UHGV virus genome: UHGV-1376088
Reading direction: 5' to 3' (one strand)
Source of the DNA: a virus
DNA length: 64,000 nucleotides
Below the pieces are notes generated by a model. The model saw only the letters and a program-made list of their open reading frames with translations. It had not been told where the DNA came from and did no database searches. Positions 46,949 through 55,758 of the stretch are shown here, piece after piece (the stretch's first letter is position 1; each line of letters begins with the position of its first letter). The position numbers and the translations under genes are program-made.

Positions 46949-48217
46949 ATGGAAAATATTTATCAAGTGGCAAATGGTGTCGTTAAGTTCGACAAGGATA
47001 TTGACCCTAATCTTTACAAAAAGAATTTGCCTGCCGGCTTTTATACAACGGCCTCATCCAGAGAGAGTGTATTCTTGAAGCAAACCGAACCTTTGACAAT
47101 TCCATCTAAGGTTTATGGCGATTCGACTGATCGTATGAATCGAATTGTTAAGTCTTTTGAAGCTTCCAATAAGAATCTTGGCGTGCTGCTTTATGGTGAA
47201 TCCGGTTCCGGTAAATCTCTATTGGCTAAACAAGTTTGCATTAAACTTTCAGAAGAATATCCGATTATTATTGTGTTGCCAGAGCATATCGATATCATTG
47301 AAAAATTCATTGAAAATATTGATGACCGATGTGTATTTTTCATTGATGAATTTGAAAAGATGTTTGAAAAGCCATCATATCAAAGCGGACTGTTGAGCGT
47401 TATTGATGGAACAAGTTCTAAAAAGAATTTATTCTTGTTCACAGCTAATGAAAAAGGCATGATTAATAAGTTCTTCTTTAATCGCCCGGGACGTATTCGT
47501 TATGCTTACGAATATGATACCTTGCCGGATTCTGTTGTTTTAGAAGTTCTGGAAGATATTCTGGATAATAAAGGTAAGGTAAAAGAAATTGCATCTATTA
47601 TCTCCTATCTGAAGGAACCATCATTCGATGTTGTTTGCAGTATTGCGCAAGAAGCAAATTTATATCCAGATTTTACTATTCAGCAGTTGATGGATGGATA
47701 TAACTCAGAGATCTACTCTGAAAGCTTAATGCATTCCGACTGTACATTATTTATAAATGGGCAAGATTTTTATTCGGCATTCAAAGAATTGTTCTCAAAA
47801 TACGGTTTAAATCTTCAAGATTGCAATCCGTCCTATATTGCCAGTGAATCTGCAATTGAATTGAAAGAACAATCTTTAAATCCGTACGAGCCAAAAACAT
47901 CACTGAATGTAATAGACTATTCTATGCGGGCATTTTGTGATGGTGCCAAACGGAGTTACATTATATGTATATACCTCGATATTTCGAAAATGGAATTAGA
48001 GGTTAAGGATAGAACCTCTATTATTAGCAATGTTCGAATTTCTGAAGAGGAAATCGGTAGCACTGCAGAAATGATCCTGCACTTAATGCAAACTCTGAAT
48101 AAAGAGGTTCCGGATTCTGTAAAAGAAGAAGTGTATAATATTCTCAGTTCAAATGATGTGAAATTGGTAAGTAAGCCTGCACAAAAGCTGAAGATTAATA
48201 CATTTGGCCGTTTTTAG
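46949..48217 (+). CDS. AAA+ ATPase
   Basis: Walker A GESGSGKS and Walker B VFFIDEFEK. Confidence 0.6.
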   Translation: MENIYQVANGVVKFDKDIDPNLYKKNLPAGFYTTASSRESVFLKQTEPLTIPSKVYGDSTDRMNRIVKSFEASNKNLGVLLYGESGSGKSLLAKQVCIKLSEEYPIIIVLPEHIDIIEKFIENIDDRCVFFIDEFEKMFEKPSYQSGLLSVIDGTSSKKNLFLFTANEKGMINKFFFNRPGRIRYAYEYDTLPDSVVLEVLEDILDNKGKVKEIASIISYLKEPSFDVVCSIAQEANLYPDFTIQQLMDGYNSEIYSESLMHSDCTLFINGQDFYSAFKELFSKYGLNLQDCNPSYIASESAIELKEQSLNPYEPKTSLNVIDYSMRAFCDGAKRSYIICIYLDISKMELEVKDRTSIISNVRISEEEIGSTAEMILHLMQTLNKEVPDSVKEEVYNILSSNDVKLVSKPAQKLKINTFGRF

Positions 48218-48273
48218 TTGAAATAATGAGCCCCGGGTTTATATCTCGGGGCTTATAATATTGGAGGTAAAAA

Positions 48274-48582
48274 GTGAAAACAAGTGCATCTGGCGATAAA
48301 GATATTTTTCTTCTGGTCTTTTTCGCAGGCATTCTCTCTGCCTTTTTGCTTATTTGGCTTATCTCTACTTTAGATTCAAATGAACGCAAAAAGGATGAAG
48401 CTACAACAAACCAAACTATTGAAATAACGCAGTTGACAGATAAAGTTCAAAGATTTTCTGTTAATGGCTATAATATTAAAACCACGACTGTGTGTTTTGA
48501 GGGCAATCAAATGCTATTCGTCTTTTATCGGGGCGAACCTCAAATTGTAAATCTGAATAAAAATTGTGGAGAAATAAAATGA
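48274..48582 (+). CDS. membrane-anchored protein
   Basis: 102 aa with an N-terminal TM segment. Confidence 0.4.
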   Translation: MKTSASGDKDIFLLVFFAGILSAFLLIWLISTLDSNERKKDEATTNQTIEITQLTDKVQRFSVNGYNIKTTTVCFEGNQMLFVFYRGEPQIVNLNKNCGEIK

Positions 48583-48782
48583 CACGTGAAGAATTTGAAA
48601 AGAAAATTGACGAGCTTGCCAAAACTGAAGAGCATGGCGAGTTTGCAAAAACAACCGGTCAAATCTATGGCTTGCTTTGTGATTACGTTTTATCTACATT
48701 CGAGGATGTAGAAGAAGGTTGGGATAAGATTGTAGCCTCTATGGTTAAAAAAGACGATCAGGTTAAGAAGGAAGAATCATGA
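48579..48782 (+). CDS. hypothetical acidic protein
   Basis: ATGA overlap; GGAG RBS. Confidence 0.5.
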   Translation: MTREEFEKKIDELAKTEEHGEFAKTTGQIYGLLCDYVLSTFEDVEEGWDKIVASMVKKDDQVKKEES

Positions 48783-49009
48783 ATAACAATCAGGACACCA
48801 GCCTTTATTCTTATCAAATGCTACTCTTAGCGGTGGAAAAGGTAGCCGGACATAAAGCTTTAGAGGAAATTGTAGATGTTATAAGGAAATATGATTCTGT
48901 TTCTTATTTGCATTTCTTACAGTCTCAAACAAAGGCAAAGAACGAAACCAGGCTCCCATATTGGGAAGTTGTAAATAATAATGGTGTGTATAACTTAACC
49001 AAATTGTAA
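48779..49009 (+). CDS. hypothetical protein
   Basis: 76 aa. Confidence 0.5.
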   Translation: MNNNQDTSLYSYQMLLLAVEKVAGHKALEEIVDVIRKYDSVSYLHFLQSQTKAKNETRLPYWEVVNNNGVYNLTKL

Positions 49010-49028
49010 GAAATAAAAGGAGTTCATT

Positions 49029-49487
49029 ATGACTAAGCCAATTTACGTTTATACCGATGGTGCATGTAGTGGTAATCCAGGCCCGGGCGGCTGGGGCGTA
49101 TTGATGCAATACGAAGGCAAAGAAAAAGAATTGTATGGTAGTGAGAAAAATACTACCAATAACAGAATGGAACTCATGGCCGCAATTCAGGGTTTAAATG
49201 CGATTAAACCTAAACAGTCTGGCCTATGGGATGTGGTTCTTTGCACTGATTCAAAATATGTCCGCAATGGTATTTGTGAATGGATTAGTCGATGGAAAGA
49301 AAACGGCTGGAAAACAAGTACAAACAAGCCGGTTAAGAATGCCGATTTATGGATGGAATTACATGAAGCTGTCAAAAAACATGATGTTCGTTTCATCTGG
49401 GTTCTTGGTCATAATGGACATATTGAAAATGAACGTGCAGACAGATTGGCCTGCCGCGGAAGAGATGAAGCAAAAGTCTCTGATTAA
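49029..49487 (+). CDS. rnhA: ribonuclease HI
   Basis: [22 protein letters not shown] and [14 protein letters not shown] blocks. Confidence 0.9.
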   Translation: MTKPIYVYTDGACSGNPGPGGWGVLMQYEGKEKELYGSEKNTTNNRMELMAAIQGLNAIKPKQSGLWDVVLCTDSKYVRNGICEWISRWKENGWKTSTNKPVKNADLWMELHEAVKKHDVRFIWVLGHNGHIENERADRLACRGRDEAKVSD

Positions 49488-49515
49488 TCAAACAATAAAA
49501 TGCAAAGGTTATAAA

Positions 49516-49704
49516 ATGGAACTAAAAGAAAATGGAGTTTACCGCCACTATAAAGGCGGAGAATACAAATTAATAACTATTGGTGAACTTGAACACGACT
49601 TATCTCAAGTCGTTGTCTATAAAAGCATCACTAATGATAGAGTTTTTGTAAGACCTTTAGAGGAATTTGAAGATAAATTCGAATTCCTATATATGGGAGG
49701 GTAG
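49516..49704 (+). CDS. DUF1653-like small protein (YRHYKGGEY)
   Basis: 62 aa; AAAGG RBS. The stop overlaps the tRNA-Met 5' end. Confidence 0.5.
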   Translation: MELKENGVYRHYKGGEYKLITIGELEHDLSQVVVYKSITNDRVFVRPLEEFEDKFEFLYMGG

Positions 49705-49772
49705 CTCAGTGGTCCGAGAGCGGGCGACTCATAATCGCTTGGTCACGGGTTCGAATCCCGTCCTTCCCACCA
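49695..49772 (+). tRNA. tRNA-Met(CAT) (elongator or Ile2-type), CCA encoded
   Basis: Acceptor GGGAGGG/CCTTCCC, D-arm GCTCAGTGGTCCGAGAGC, anticodon loop CTCATAA and T-loop TTCGAAT. Confidence 0.85.
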
Positions 49773-49791
49773 TCTATATCTAGGAAAGCAA

Positions 49792-49965
49792 ATGTTGAAC
49801 GATAGCGATTACATGGACAACAATGGCGGCTATTACGAACTTGTTTGCATTGCCAAAATGGAATCTGATTCATCTTTAATGGCAGTCTATATCAATAAGC
49901 AGACGTATGAATATTGCGTTTGCCCTGCTTCTGAATTTGAAGAGAAGTTTAAACCCGTCCCATGA
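49792..49965 (+). CDS. small protein, paralog-like to 49516 (EFEEKF C-terminus)
   Basis: 57 aa; AGGAAAG RBS. Confidence 0.4.
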   Translation: MLNDSDYMDNNGGYYELVCIAKMESDSSLMAVYINKQTYEYCVCPASEFEEKFKPVP

Positions 49966-50159
49966 AAATCTGGAAAATCAAAAAGATACAAATCAAAGAA
50001 ATCCTTGAAACAAAAGGATATTTCTTTTGTAATAAATATAAGCATTCACATGACAAAGCAAGAAGAATTATGCGCGAGCTGTGCAAAGAGGGTTTAGCAG
50101 AAAAGTGTGCTAGCCCTGCTGGACAAGTGGATGCTGTTTGTATTAGGGCCATAAAATGA
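49962..50159 (+). CDS. small basic protein
   Basis: 65 aa; ATGA overlap. Confidence 0.4.
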   Translation: MKIWKIKKIQIKEILETKGYFFCNKYKHSHDKARRIMRELCKEGLAEKCASPAGQVDAVCIRAIK

Positions 50160-50269
50160 GCACAACGACTATTTTACTACTTGTTCTTGCCAGTATCGTT
50201 GGCGGAATTATTATCGGGTTTATTGTTTTTGCTTTGTATTTTGCAAAAGGTTTCAAAATTAATTTCTAA
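50156..50269 (+). CDS. small membrane peptide (37 aa)
   Basis: ATGA overlap; one TM helix. Confidence 0.3.
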   Translation: MSTTTILLLVLASIVGGIIIGFIVFALYFAKGFKINF

Positions 50270-50304
50270 ACCTTATCTTAGAATTTTTGTCTAAAGGAAA
50301 CAAA

Positions 50305-51882
50305 ATGGCATCACCATTATTTAAAACTTCTCGTATCAATGTCTCTACGGGAGCATCTGTATCTGTACAGTCCAATAAGGTTAATACAACAAATGAATCC
50401 GGCGGCACTGCTTATGCTATGACACATCAGCATGCCCTTGCGCAATATGCTGTAACCGGTATGCTTGACGGCTATCTTCATGTTGATGGTCGAACTCAGC
50501 TGTCTCGTATTATTGAGCTGGCTGAAAAATGTAACAATAAGTATGTTGCGCAAGTTGCAATTTATGCCCACGAAAAAGGCTTCATGAAAGATACTTCTGC
50601 TTTGTTGCTGGGATATCTGATGAAAAAAGACCGCGATTTGTTTAACGCAATTTTTAAACGTATCATTACAAATGGCCGAATGTTAAGAACTTTCGTTCAA
50701 ATCATTCGTTCCGGTACTTTTGGCAATCGCAGTTTTGGTACAAATGCCAAACGCCAAATCCAAGATTGGCTAAATTCCGCAACAGACAAAACAATTATTA
50801 ATGCCTCCATTGGTAATGATCCGTCTCTGAAAGACATTATCAAAATGGTTCATCCAAAAGCACCAAATGAAAATCGTAACCAACTTTATCGTTGGGTTTG
50901 CGATATGGATTACCAGGAAGATAAACTTCCTGAACAGCTTCAACTGTATTTAAAATTGAAGCGTAATCCAGAAAAAGCAGAAGAACTGCCGGATTTGCCG
51001 TTCCAAATGTATACCTCTATGGGTTTAACAACAGAAGGTTGGAAACATATTGCTAATAATGCGACATGGAATCAGACCCGTATGAACTTGGCAACATTTG
51101 AGCGACATGGTGTATTTGGTGATAAAAGTTTTGCCGACAGAATTGCTGAGAAGCTTACATCTGAGCGTGATATCATTCGAAGTAAAGCTATGCCATTTGC
51201 CATTTTCTCTGCCTTTAAAAAGGCGGGCGATATTAGCTATAATATCCGCAAGGCTTTGAATAAAGCTGCAGAAATTTCTCTGCAAAATGTTCCGAAATTG
51301 GAAGGTAAAACAGTTGTTGCTGTTGACCGTTCTGGATCTATGTCCAGTCTGATTAATAGTCGCTCAACTGTTCGTGTAATGGATGTTGCAGCTGTTCTTG
51401 TTGCTGCTTTGAAAAACAAAAATCCAGATTTGGAAATTGTTTTATTCAATGACACAGCGTCCATTTATAAGCCAAAAGGCAAAACTCTTTTTGGTATCAG
51501 CGAAGAGCTTTCTCGTATGGCAAGCGGCGGAACAGATTGTGGTGCCGCAATGAAGTTTATCAAAAACCGGTACACAGATAAAGGCATGCCCGATAATATC
51601 ATCATGATTTCAGACAATGAATCATGGTTAGGTATGAGCAAGAATTTCTGGACATCCACAGGAACAGTTGAACAACTGAAATTAATTCGTCGTTCAAATC
51701 CTAATACCCGAATGATCAATATTGACGTAACTCCAGGTTCAAGTTCACAAACAGTTCCTGAAGAATACGTACTAAATATCGGCGGCTTTAATGACGCAGT
51801 ATTCCAAATCGCATCATTGTTCTTTAATTCTAAAGGCAATAAAGACTTTTGGATTTCTGAAATTAATAAAGTAGAAATTTAA
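50305..51882 (+). CDS. rsr: Ro60 ortholog (TROVE domain plus vWA; Rsr-like RNA-binding protein)
   Basis: N-terminal SGGTAYAM and TFVQIIRSGTFGNRSFGTNAKRQIQDWL resemble the human Ro60 segments EGGTYYIK and TFIQFKK...WGRALRKAIADWY. The C-terminal vWA MIDAS is VVAVDRSGSMSS plus GGTDCG. Confidence 0.8.
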   Translation: MASPLFKTSRINVSTGASVSVQSNKVNTTNESGGTAYAMTHQHALAQYAVTGMLDGYLHVDGRTQLSRIIELAEKCNNKYVAQVAIYAHEKGFMKDTSALLLGYLMKKDRDLFNAIFKRIITNGRMLRTFVQIIRSGTFGNRSFGTNAKRQIQDWLNSATDKTIINASIGNDPSLKDIIKMVHPKAPNENRNQLYRWVCDMDYQEDKLPEQLQLYLKLKRNPEKAEELPDLPFQMYTSMGLTTEGWKHIANNATWNQTRMNLATFERHGVFGDKSFADRIAEKLTSERDIIRSKAMPFAIFSAFKKAGDISYNIRKALNKAAEISLQNVPKLEGKTVVAVDRSGSMSSLINSRSTVRVMDVAAVLVAALKNKNPDLEIVLFNDTASIYKPKGKTLFGISEELSRMASGGTDCGAAMKFIKNRYTDKGMPDNIIMISDNESWLGMSKNFWTSTGTVEQLKLIRRSNPNTRMINIDVTPGSSSQTVPEEYVLNIGGFNDAVFQIASLFFNSKGNKDFWISEINKVEI

Positions 51883-52006
51883 TTTTAGATTTACAAAACA
51901 AAAATGTGTGGTTTAATCACTTCTACTGAGTAAGTAGAGTAATAGGTATCTCATTTCTTGTTTTCGGGGTACCTATTGCTATGTTTACTTTAGAGTCTAA
52001 GTGTAG

Positions 52007-52073
52007 CGCAGTCCGGTAGCGCATCTGCTTTGGGAGCAGAGGGTTGCAGGTTCGAATCCTGCCTCTTAGACCA
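52007..52073 (+). tRNA. tRNA-Pro(TGG), CCA encoded
   Basis: Anticodon loop TTTGGGA and T-arm GCAGGTTCGAATCCTGC; one acceptor mismatch. Confidence 0.8.
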
Positions 52074-52086
52074 CATTACAATTTTC

Positions 52087-52210
52087 GGGTGGTTAGTTTA
52101 ATGGGAAAACATTAAGTAATCTTTCTACTATTGTCTGAAAAGAATGCTTGAGAGATTTACATTTCACGGCTAATGAAAAGATACAGGTTCGAGTCCTGTA
52201 CCACCCTCCA
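52087..52210 (+). ncRNA. tRNA-mimic ncRNA with an inserted module of about 48 nt (Y-RNA-like candidate or intron-containing tRNA)
   Basis: Perfect 7-bp acceptor GGGTGGT/ACCACCC, D-arm GTTTAATGGGAAAAC and T-arm ACAGGTTCGAGTCCTGT plus CCA. About 55 nt, instead of 17, lies between the D- and T-arms. Confidence 0.4.
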
Positions 52211-52215
52211 TATAT

Positions 52216-52357
52216 GGGCTGTTGGCGAAATTGGTAGACGCAAGGGTCATTTATAACCTATCAAACTTGTCCGATAGGAATGCCGATAGGTTTACATTTT
52301 TAAATTGAAAACTTAAGGACAACCCTCGATTTGCAGGTTCGACTCCTGCACAGCCCG
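52216..52357 (+). ncRNA. tRNA-mimic ncRNA with an inserted module of about 57 nt (Y-RNA-like candidate or intron-containing tRNA)
   Basis: Acceptor GGGCTGT/ACAGCCC, class-II D-arm GCGAAATTGGTAGACGC and T-arm GCAGGTTCGACTCCTGC. Candidate anticodon-stem halves AGGGT and ACCCT lie about 75 nt apart. Confidence 0.4.
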
Positions 52358-52367
52358 CCCTTTTAAT

Positions 52368-52619
52368 GCGAAGATAGTTTAATTGGTAAAACGCCACGCA
52401 AATCTTAGAATAATAACCATTATGTAGAGCCAAGTGGCTCGAAGAGCATACTCTATATTAAGATAGGGCTGGGTGCAATCCCGGGTATAGGCTAACGATC
52501 TATACTGAATGTAAATATTTTATGTCGAAAGACAGATAGCTCAATCCTTTAAGGAATGGTCTAAGATGGATAATTTCCGCGGTAAAGTGGTCATGCGGTG
52601 TCGATAGCTGCTCTTCGCT
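52368..52619 (+). ncRNA. possible third tRNA-mimic locus with a central insertion of about 195 nt
   Basis: 5' GCGAAGA plus D-arm-like TAGTTTAATTGGTAAAAC. The 3' partner is TCTTCGC, preceded by the T-arm-like GCGGTGTCGATAGCTGC. It abuts the previous locus. Confidence 0.2.
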
Positions 52620-52655
52620 CCCTATTTAATTAACTGAATATCCAAAGGATTTAAG

Positions 52656-53183
52656 ATGCAGACGATTGCAATAAACCTAATAGGTGCACCCGGAACGGGC
52701 AAAAGCACAATAGCATCTGAGCTCTTTGCCAAGATGAAGTGGCTTGGATATGATGTTGAGTTGGTTTCCGAATACGCAAAAGAATTGGTTTGGGAACAAA
52801 GAAACGAAACTTTCAAGAATGAACTGTATCTATTTGCAAAACAGCATCATAGAATGTTTAGATTAAATGGTAAGGTGAAGTATATTATTACAGACCGCCC
52901 ATTAATTTTGTCTATTTTTTATAATCAAAAATATGGAAATGGCAGCAAAACATTCCGGCAGCTTGTATTGGAAGAAACAAATAAGTTTCAAAATATCAAT
53001 GTATTTCTGAATAGAACCAAACCATATGTTCAAAATGGCAGAAATCAAAGTGAAGAAGAATCCAATGAATTTGCAAAAGAAATATTCGAATCTCTTGAAA
53101 AATATTGCAATGGATATCTAATTCTAGACGCTGTTGAAAACCAGGCGTCTGAACATATATTGAATTTTGCAAAACAAGAATAA
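52656..53183 (+). CDS. P-loop kinase, AAA_28/NadR ribosylnicotinamide-kinase-like
   Basis: GAPGTGKST P-loop followed by ELVSEYAKELV. The IITDRPL and C-terminal blocks are co-linear with the NadR RNK domain. Confidence 0.55.
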   Translation: MQTIAINLIGAPGTGKSTIASELFAKMKWLGYDVELVSEYAKELVWEQRNETFKNELYLFAKQHHRMFRLNGKVKYIITDRPLILSIFYNQKYGNGSKTFRQLVLEETNKFQNINVFLNRTKPYVQNGRNQSEEESNEFAKEIFESLEKYCNGYLILDAVENQASEHILNFAKQE

Positions 53184-53196
53184 GAATAGGTACAAC

Positions 53197-53397
53197 ATGA
53201 AAGAGTACACATTCTCATACAGGTTTGATAATAAAGCTTGGTCTTTCAGTATTTATGCAAACAGCGAAGAAGAAGCCAAGAGAAAGTTCTGGGCTTTAAA
53301 AGAAAATGGCAAATATTGCGGCGAGATTGTATGCAAAGTGAATGCTACAAAGCCGTACAGTTTTATTAAATCCATTTTGTCGAAGTTTAAGACATAA
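53197..53397 (+). CDS. hypothetical small protein
   Basis: 66 aa from an internal ATG of ORF 53167. Confidence 0.35.
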   Translation: MKEYTFSYRFDNKAWSFSIYANSEEEAKRKFWALKENGKYCGEIVCKVNATKPYSFIKSILSKFKT

Positions 53398-53413
53398 GTT
53401 TAAGTTTAAATGC

Positions 53414-53506
53414 GCTCCCGTACCATAAAAGGATAATGGAACTGACTTCTAATCAGTAAGCCAAACGAAGGCGAGTATGCGGGTTCGAGTCCTGCCGGGA
53501 GTGCCA
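53414..53506 (+). tRNA. tRNA with anticodon TCT (Arg-type) and an unusually long (about 21-nt) variable region
   Basis: Acceptor GCTCCCG/CGGGAGT, anticodon arm ACTGA-CTTCTAA-TCAGT, T-arm GCGGGTTCGAGTCCTGC and CCA. Length 93 nt. Confidence 0.6.
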
Positions 53507-53529
53507 AAATGCCACAATCTATATATTAT

Positions 53530-53626
53530 TATGGATTTCATTAAAAATAATGTTACTATTGATGAAGTAACTGGATGTTGGAATTGGAATAAATCTGTAA
53601 CAAGTGCAGGTTATGGTCAATCTTAG
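53530..53626 (+). pseudogene. decayed HNH homing-endonuclease N-terminal fragment
   Basis: MDFIKNNVTIDEVTGCWELE* in one frame. After a frameshift the reading continues as NKSVTSAGYGQS*, matching the GCW/GYGQ hallmarks of the HNH N-terminal region. No HNH catalytic core follows. Confidence 0.4.
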
Positions 53627-53870
53627 CCCTACCGGGCATGCCAAATATAAAGGATTCAATATGGTATATTTAAATCTATTTGTGAAATATGTGAATCCAC
53701 GTGTTAGTGGAAGTACGGTTATTCAGGTCAAAGAAGACCATTTGAATTCTGAATTTGACTATATAGTTGAAGATGCTCTTTATGAAAAATTGAAAGAGTC
53801 TCTTCAAATGCCAGAAAGAGTTATAATTGAGAATATTGTAATTCTTGGGCGTTGTGAAAAAGACGATTAA
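53604..53870 (+). CDS. hypothetical protein (start uncertain)
   Basis: 88-aa ORF overlapping the HNH remnant. Confidence 0.3.
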   Translation: MQVMVNLSPTGHAKYKGFNMVYLNLFVKYVNPRVSGSTVIQVKEDHLNSEFDYIVEDALYEKLKESLQMPERVIIENIVILGRCEKDD

Positions 53871-54075
53871 GACATAAACTGCCTGGCATGATGCAGTTTT
53901 AACTATCTAATCTGCCATTATTATTCTCAGTCTGGCATTCGCCAAAATGTTGCCGCATTTTGAGAATGATAAAATCATAGATGGTTATTTTCTGGTCCTA
54001 GCAGTCAATTTAGTTGACCCAGTACACTGTAAGCTGGAACTAAAGATAACGATTTAAACCCTGTTCTCCCTAAGC

Positions 54076-54146
54076 AATAATGTAGTTCAGTGGTAGAGCG
54101 TCTGCAATTTGGCAGAATGGCGGTGGTTCGATTCCACCCTTTATTG
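54076..54146 (+). tRNA. tRNA-like gene with a 6-nt anticodon loop (AATTTG) and an acceptor mismatch; possible pseudo-tRNA
   Basis: D-arm GTTCAGTGGTAGAGC and T-arm GGTGGTTCGATTCCACC are canonical. The anticodon stem TCTGC/GCAGA closes a 6-nt loop. Confidence 0.4.
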
Positions 54147-54631
54147 ACGAGAACAGGTACTCAATTTAATAATGAATCTTTATTCAGATTCATTTAGTCT
54201 GACAATGGTGTGATGAAATCTTAAGGGCTGTTCTTTGGATATTCTTAGTCTAATATTGAAATGTGCATTTCTTTATTGGGCTCTGTTTTATTTGAAGATA
54301 AAGCTTAAAAGGTTGCGATAGCAATAAAAACAATAAGGTGTTGCACAGCGCCTGTTTGGAGTATATTGTGAATGCTTGCACGTGTGCCGCGGAGGTACAA
54401 GGTTCCCGGAGTGGGATAAGTCAGACTAAATGTATTTGAAGCTAATTAAAGCTTAAAGATTTAAGCCCTGCTGATTTCTTATATAATATTGTTTATTATG
54501 ATTATTCTTATATTAGATAAATACTATTTTATCTTTTTCATTTTTCAGCAGGCATATTTAAGCCCTATTAGTTTATTCCGCAATATAGCTAAAATATTGT
54601 TCTAAAAATTAATAGGCAAAATAAAGATTAT

Positions 54632-54706
54632 AGCGAATTGGTGTAATTGGTAACACACAGGGCTCATAACCCTGAGTTATAGGTTCGAGTCCTATGTTCG
54701 CTTCCA
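54632..54706 (+). tRNA. tRNA-Met(CAT) second copy (initiator/elongator/Ile2 not resolved), CCA encoded
   Basis: Acceptor AGCGAAT/GTTCGCT, anticodon arm CAGGG-CTCATAA-CCCTG and T-arm ATAGGTTCGAGTCCTAT. Confidence 0.85.
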
Positions 54707-55491
54707 GATCCTTTCCTAGTGAGGATAACCACTGGTGACTTTTATGGATTTTGAACAGTGAAAATTCTTTGCCCCTTATGCAATAGTTAAGGCGTTTTCC
54801 GTGATGCGAGAAGTTCACGGCGCAATCCACAACGCGATAATCGTGGCGCTGCCCTTCGAAGCGATACGTTAGGGGTCTTCCTTTAGGCTTAATAAAAGGT
54901 AGTTTTTAGAGATTTATATTAAAAGCTCTATAGTTCTGTAGAATACAGAGCAATGGGTTCGTTGCCTGTTCCCATTGCTATGTGTTTTGACTTCCCGGCG
55001 GCCACTGGTTAATGGTCTGACTTAGATTGGTTCAAAGAAATCAATCCCCAAGGTGAGGGTATCGCACCTGTTGTAGGTTGTTCATAAAACCTTCGGTCTT
55101 TTGTGCTCTTTATTCCTTAATACAGGAGCATCGATTGGGTAATGAGACATAAGGTCCCAGTGGGTTTTAGCTTTTTTAACCACGCGAGTGATGTCGCAAA
55201 AGCAAAATGCATTTATGTATTGTTTACAGTATATAAAGTGATAGGTTTCTGCAGGACCTATTGCTGTATGTATTAATATCCCGCGAACCTTCGGTAAATG
55301 GTTCACCTTGCCAAAAGGAAAATTGGAAGTCTGGCATTGCTATGGAAGAATGCTGGTTCGTTGGTCCATCCTTAAAACCGATAAGCTTTTTGTGCATTTA
55401 CGGCTTTGACGATAAATGCCCCGAACTATTAATGTGAATGTATAGCCAGAGTGAATCCTTCTGGGGAGTGATGTCCGAAAAGGATTACAAT

Positions 55492-55578
55492 GCGAATGTG
55501 GCGAAATTTGGTATACGCGCTTGTCTTAGAAGCAGGTGTCCTAGTGGCGTGTGGGTTCGATCCCCTCCATTCGCACCA
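55492..55578 (+). tRNA. tRNA-Leu(TAG), class II, CCA encoded
   Basis: Acceptor GCGAATG/CATTCGC, D-arm GCGAAATTTGGTATACGC and anticodon loop CTTAGAA. The stem uses G-U pairs and the T-stem has one mismatch. Confidence 0.6.
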
Positions 55579-55584
55579 ATTCAT

Positions 55585-55660
55585 GCTGGAATAGCTCAAT
55601 TGGTAGAGCAACCATTTTGTAAGCGGTAGGTTGTTAGTTCGATTCTAATTTCCAGCACCA
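55585..55660 (+). tRNA. tRNA-Thr(TGT), CCA encoded
   Basis: Acceptor GCTGGAA/TTCCAGC, D-arm TAGCTCAATTGGTAGAGC and anticodon loop TTTGTAA. Confidence 0.75.
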
Positions 55661-55663
55661 AAT

Positions 55664-55754
55664 GGAGGGACGGCAACGACGGTGGTGTTGCGGCAGACTG
55701 TAAATCTGTTCCGAAAGGTAAACATTGTAGGTTCGACTCCTATTCCCTCCACCA
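55664..55754 (+). tRNA. tRNA-Tyr(GTA), class II, CCA encoded
   Basis: Acceptor GGAGGGA/TCCCTCC, anticodon arm GCAGA-CTGTAAA-TCTGT and variable hairpin CCGAAAGG. Confidence 0.8.
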
Positions 55755-55758
55755 AATA

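Noticed and set aside
52087-52357. Reading the tRNA-like loci as ordinary tRNAs plus spurious flanks
   Set aside because: Both loci have the acceptor 5' strand and D-arm separated from the T-arm and acceptor 3' strand by about 50 extra nucleotides. No canonical 76-90-nt tRNA can be drawn without an insertion, so they are reported as tRNA-mimic or intron-containing candidates.
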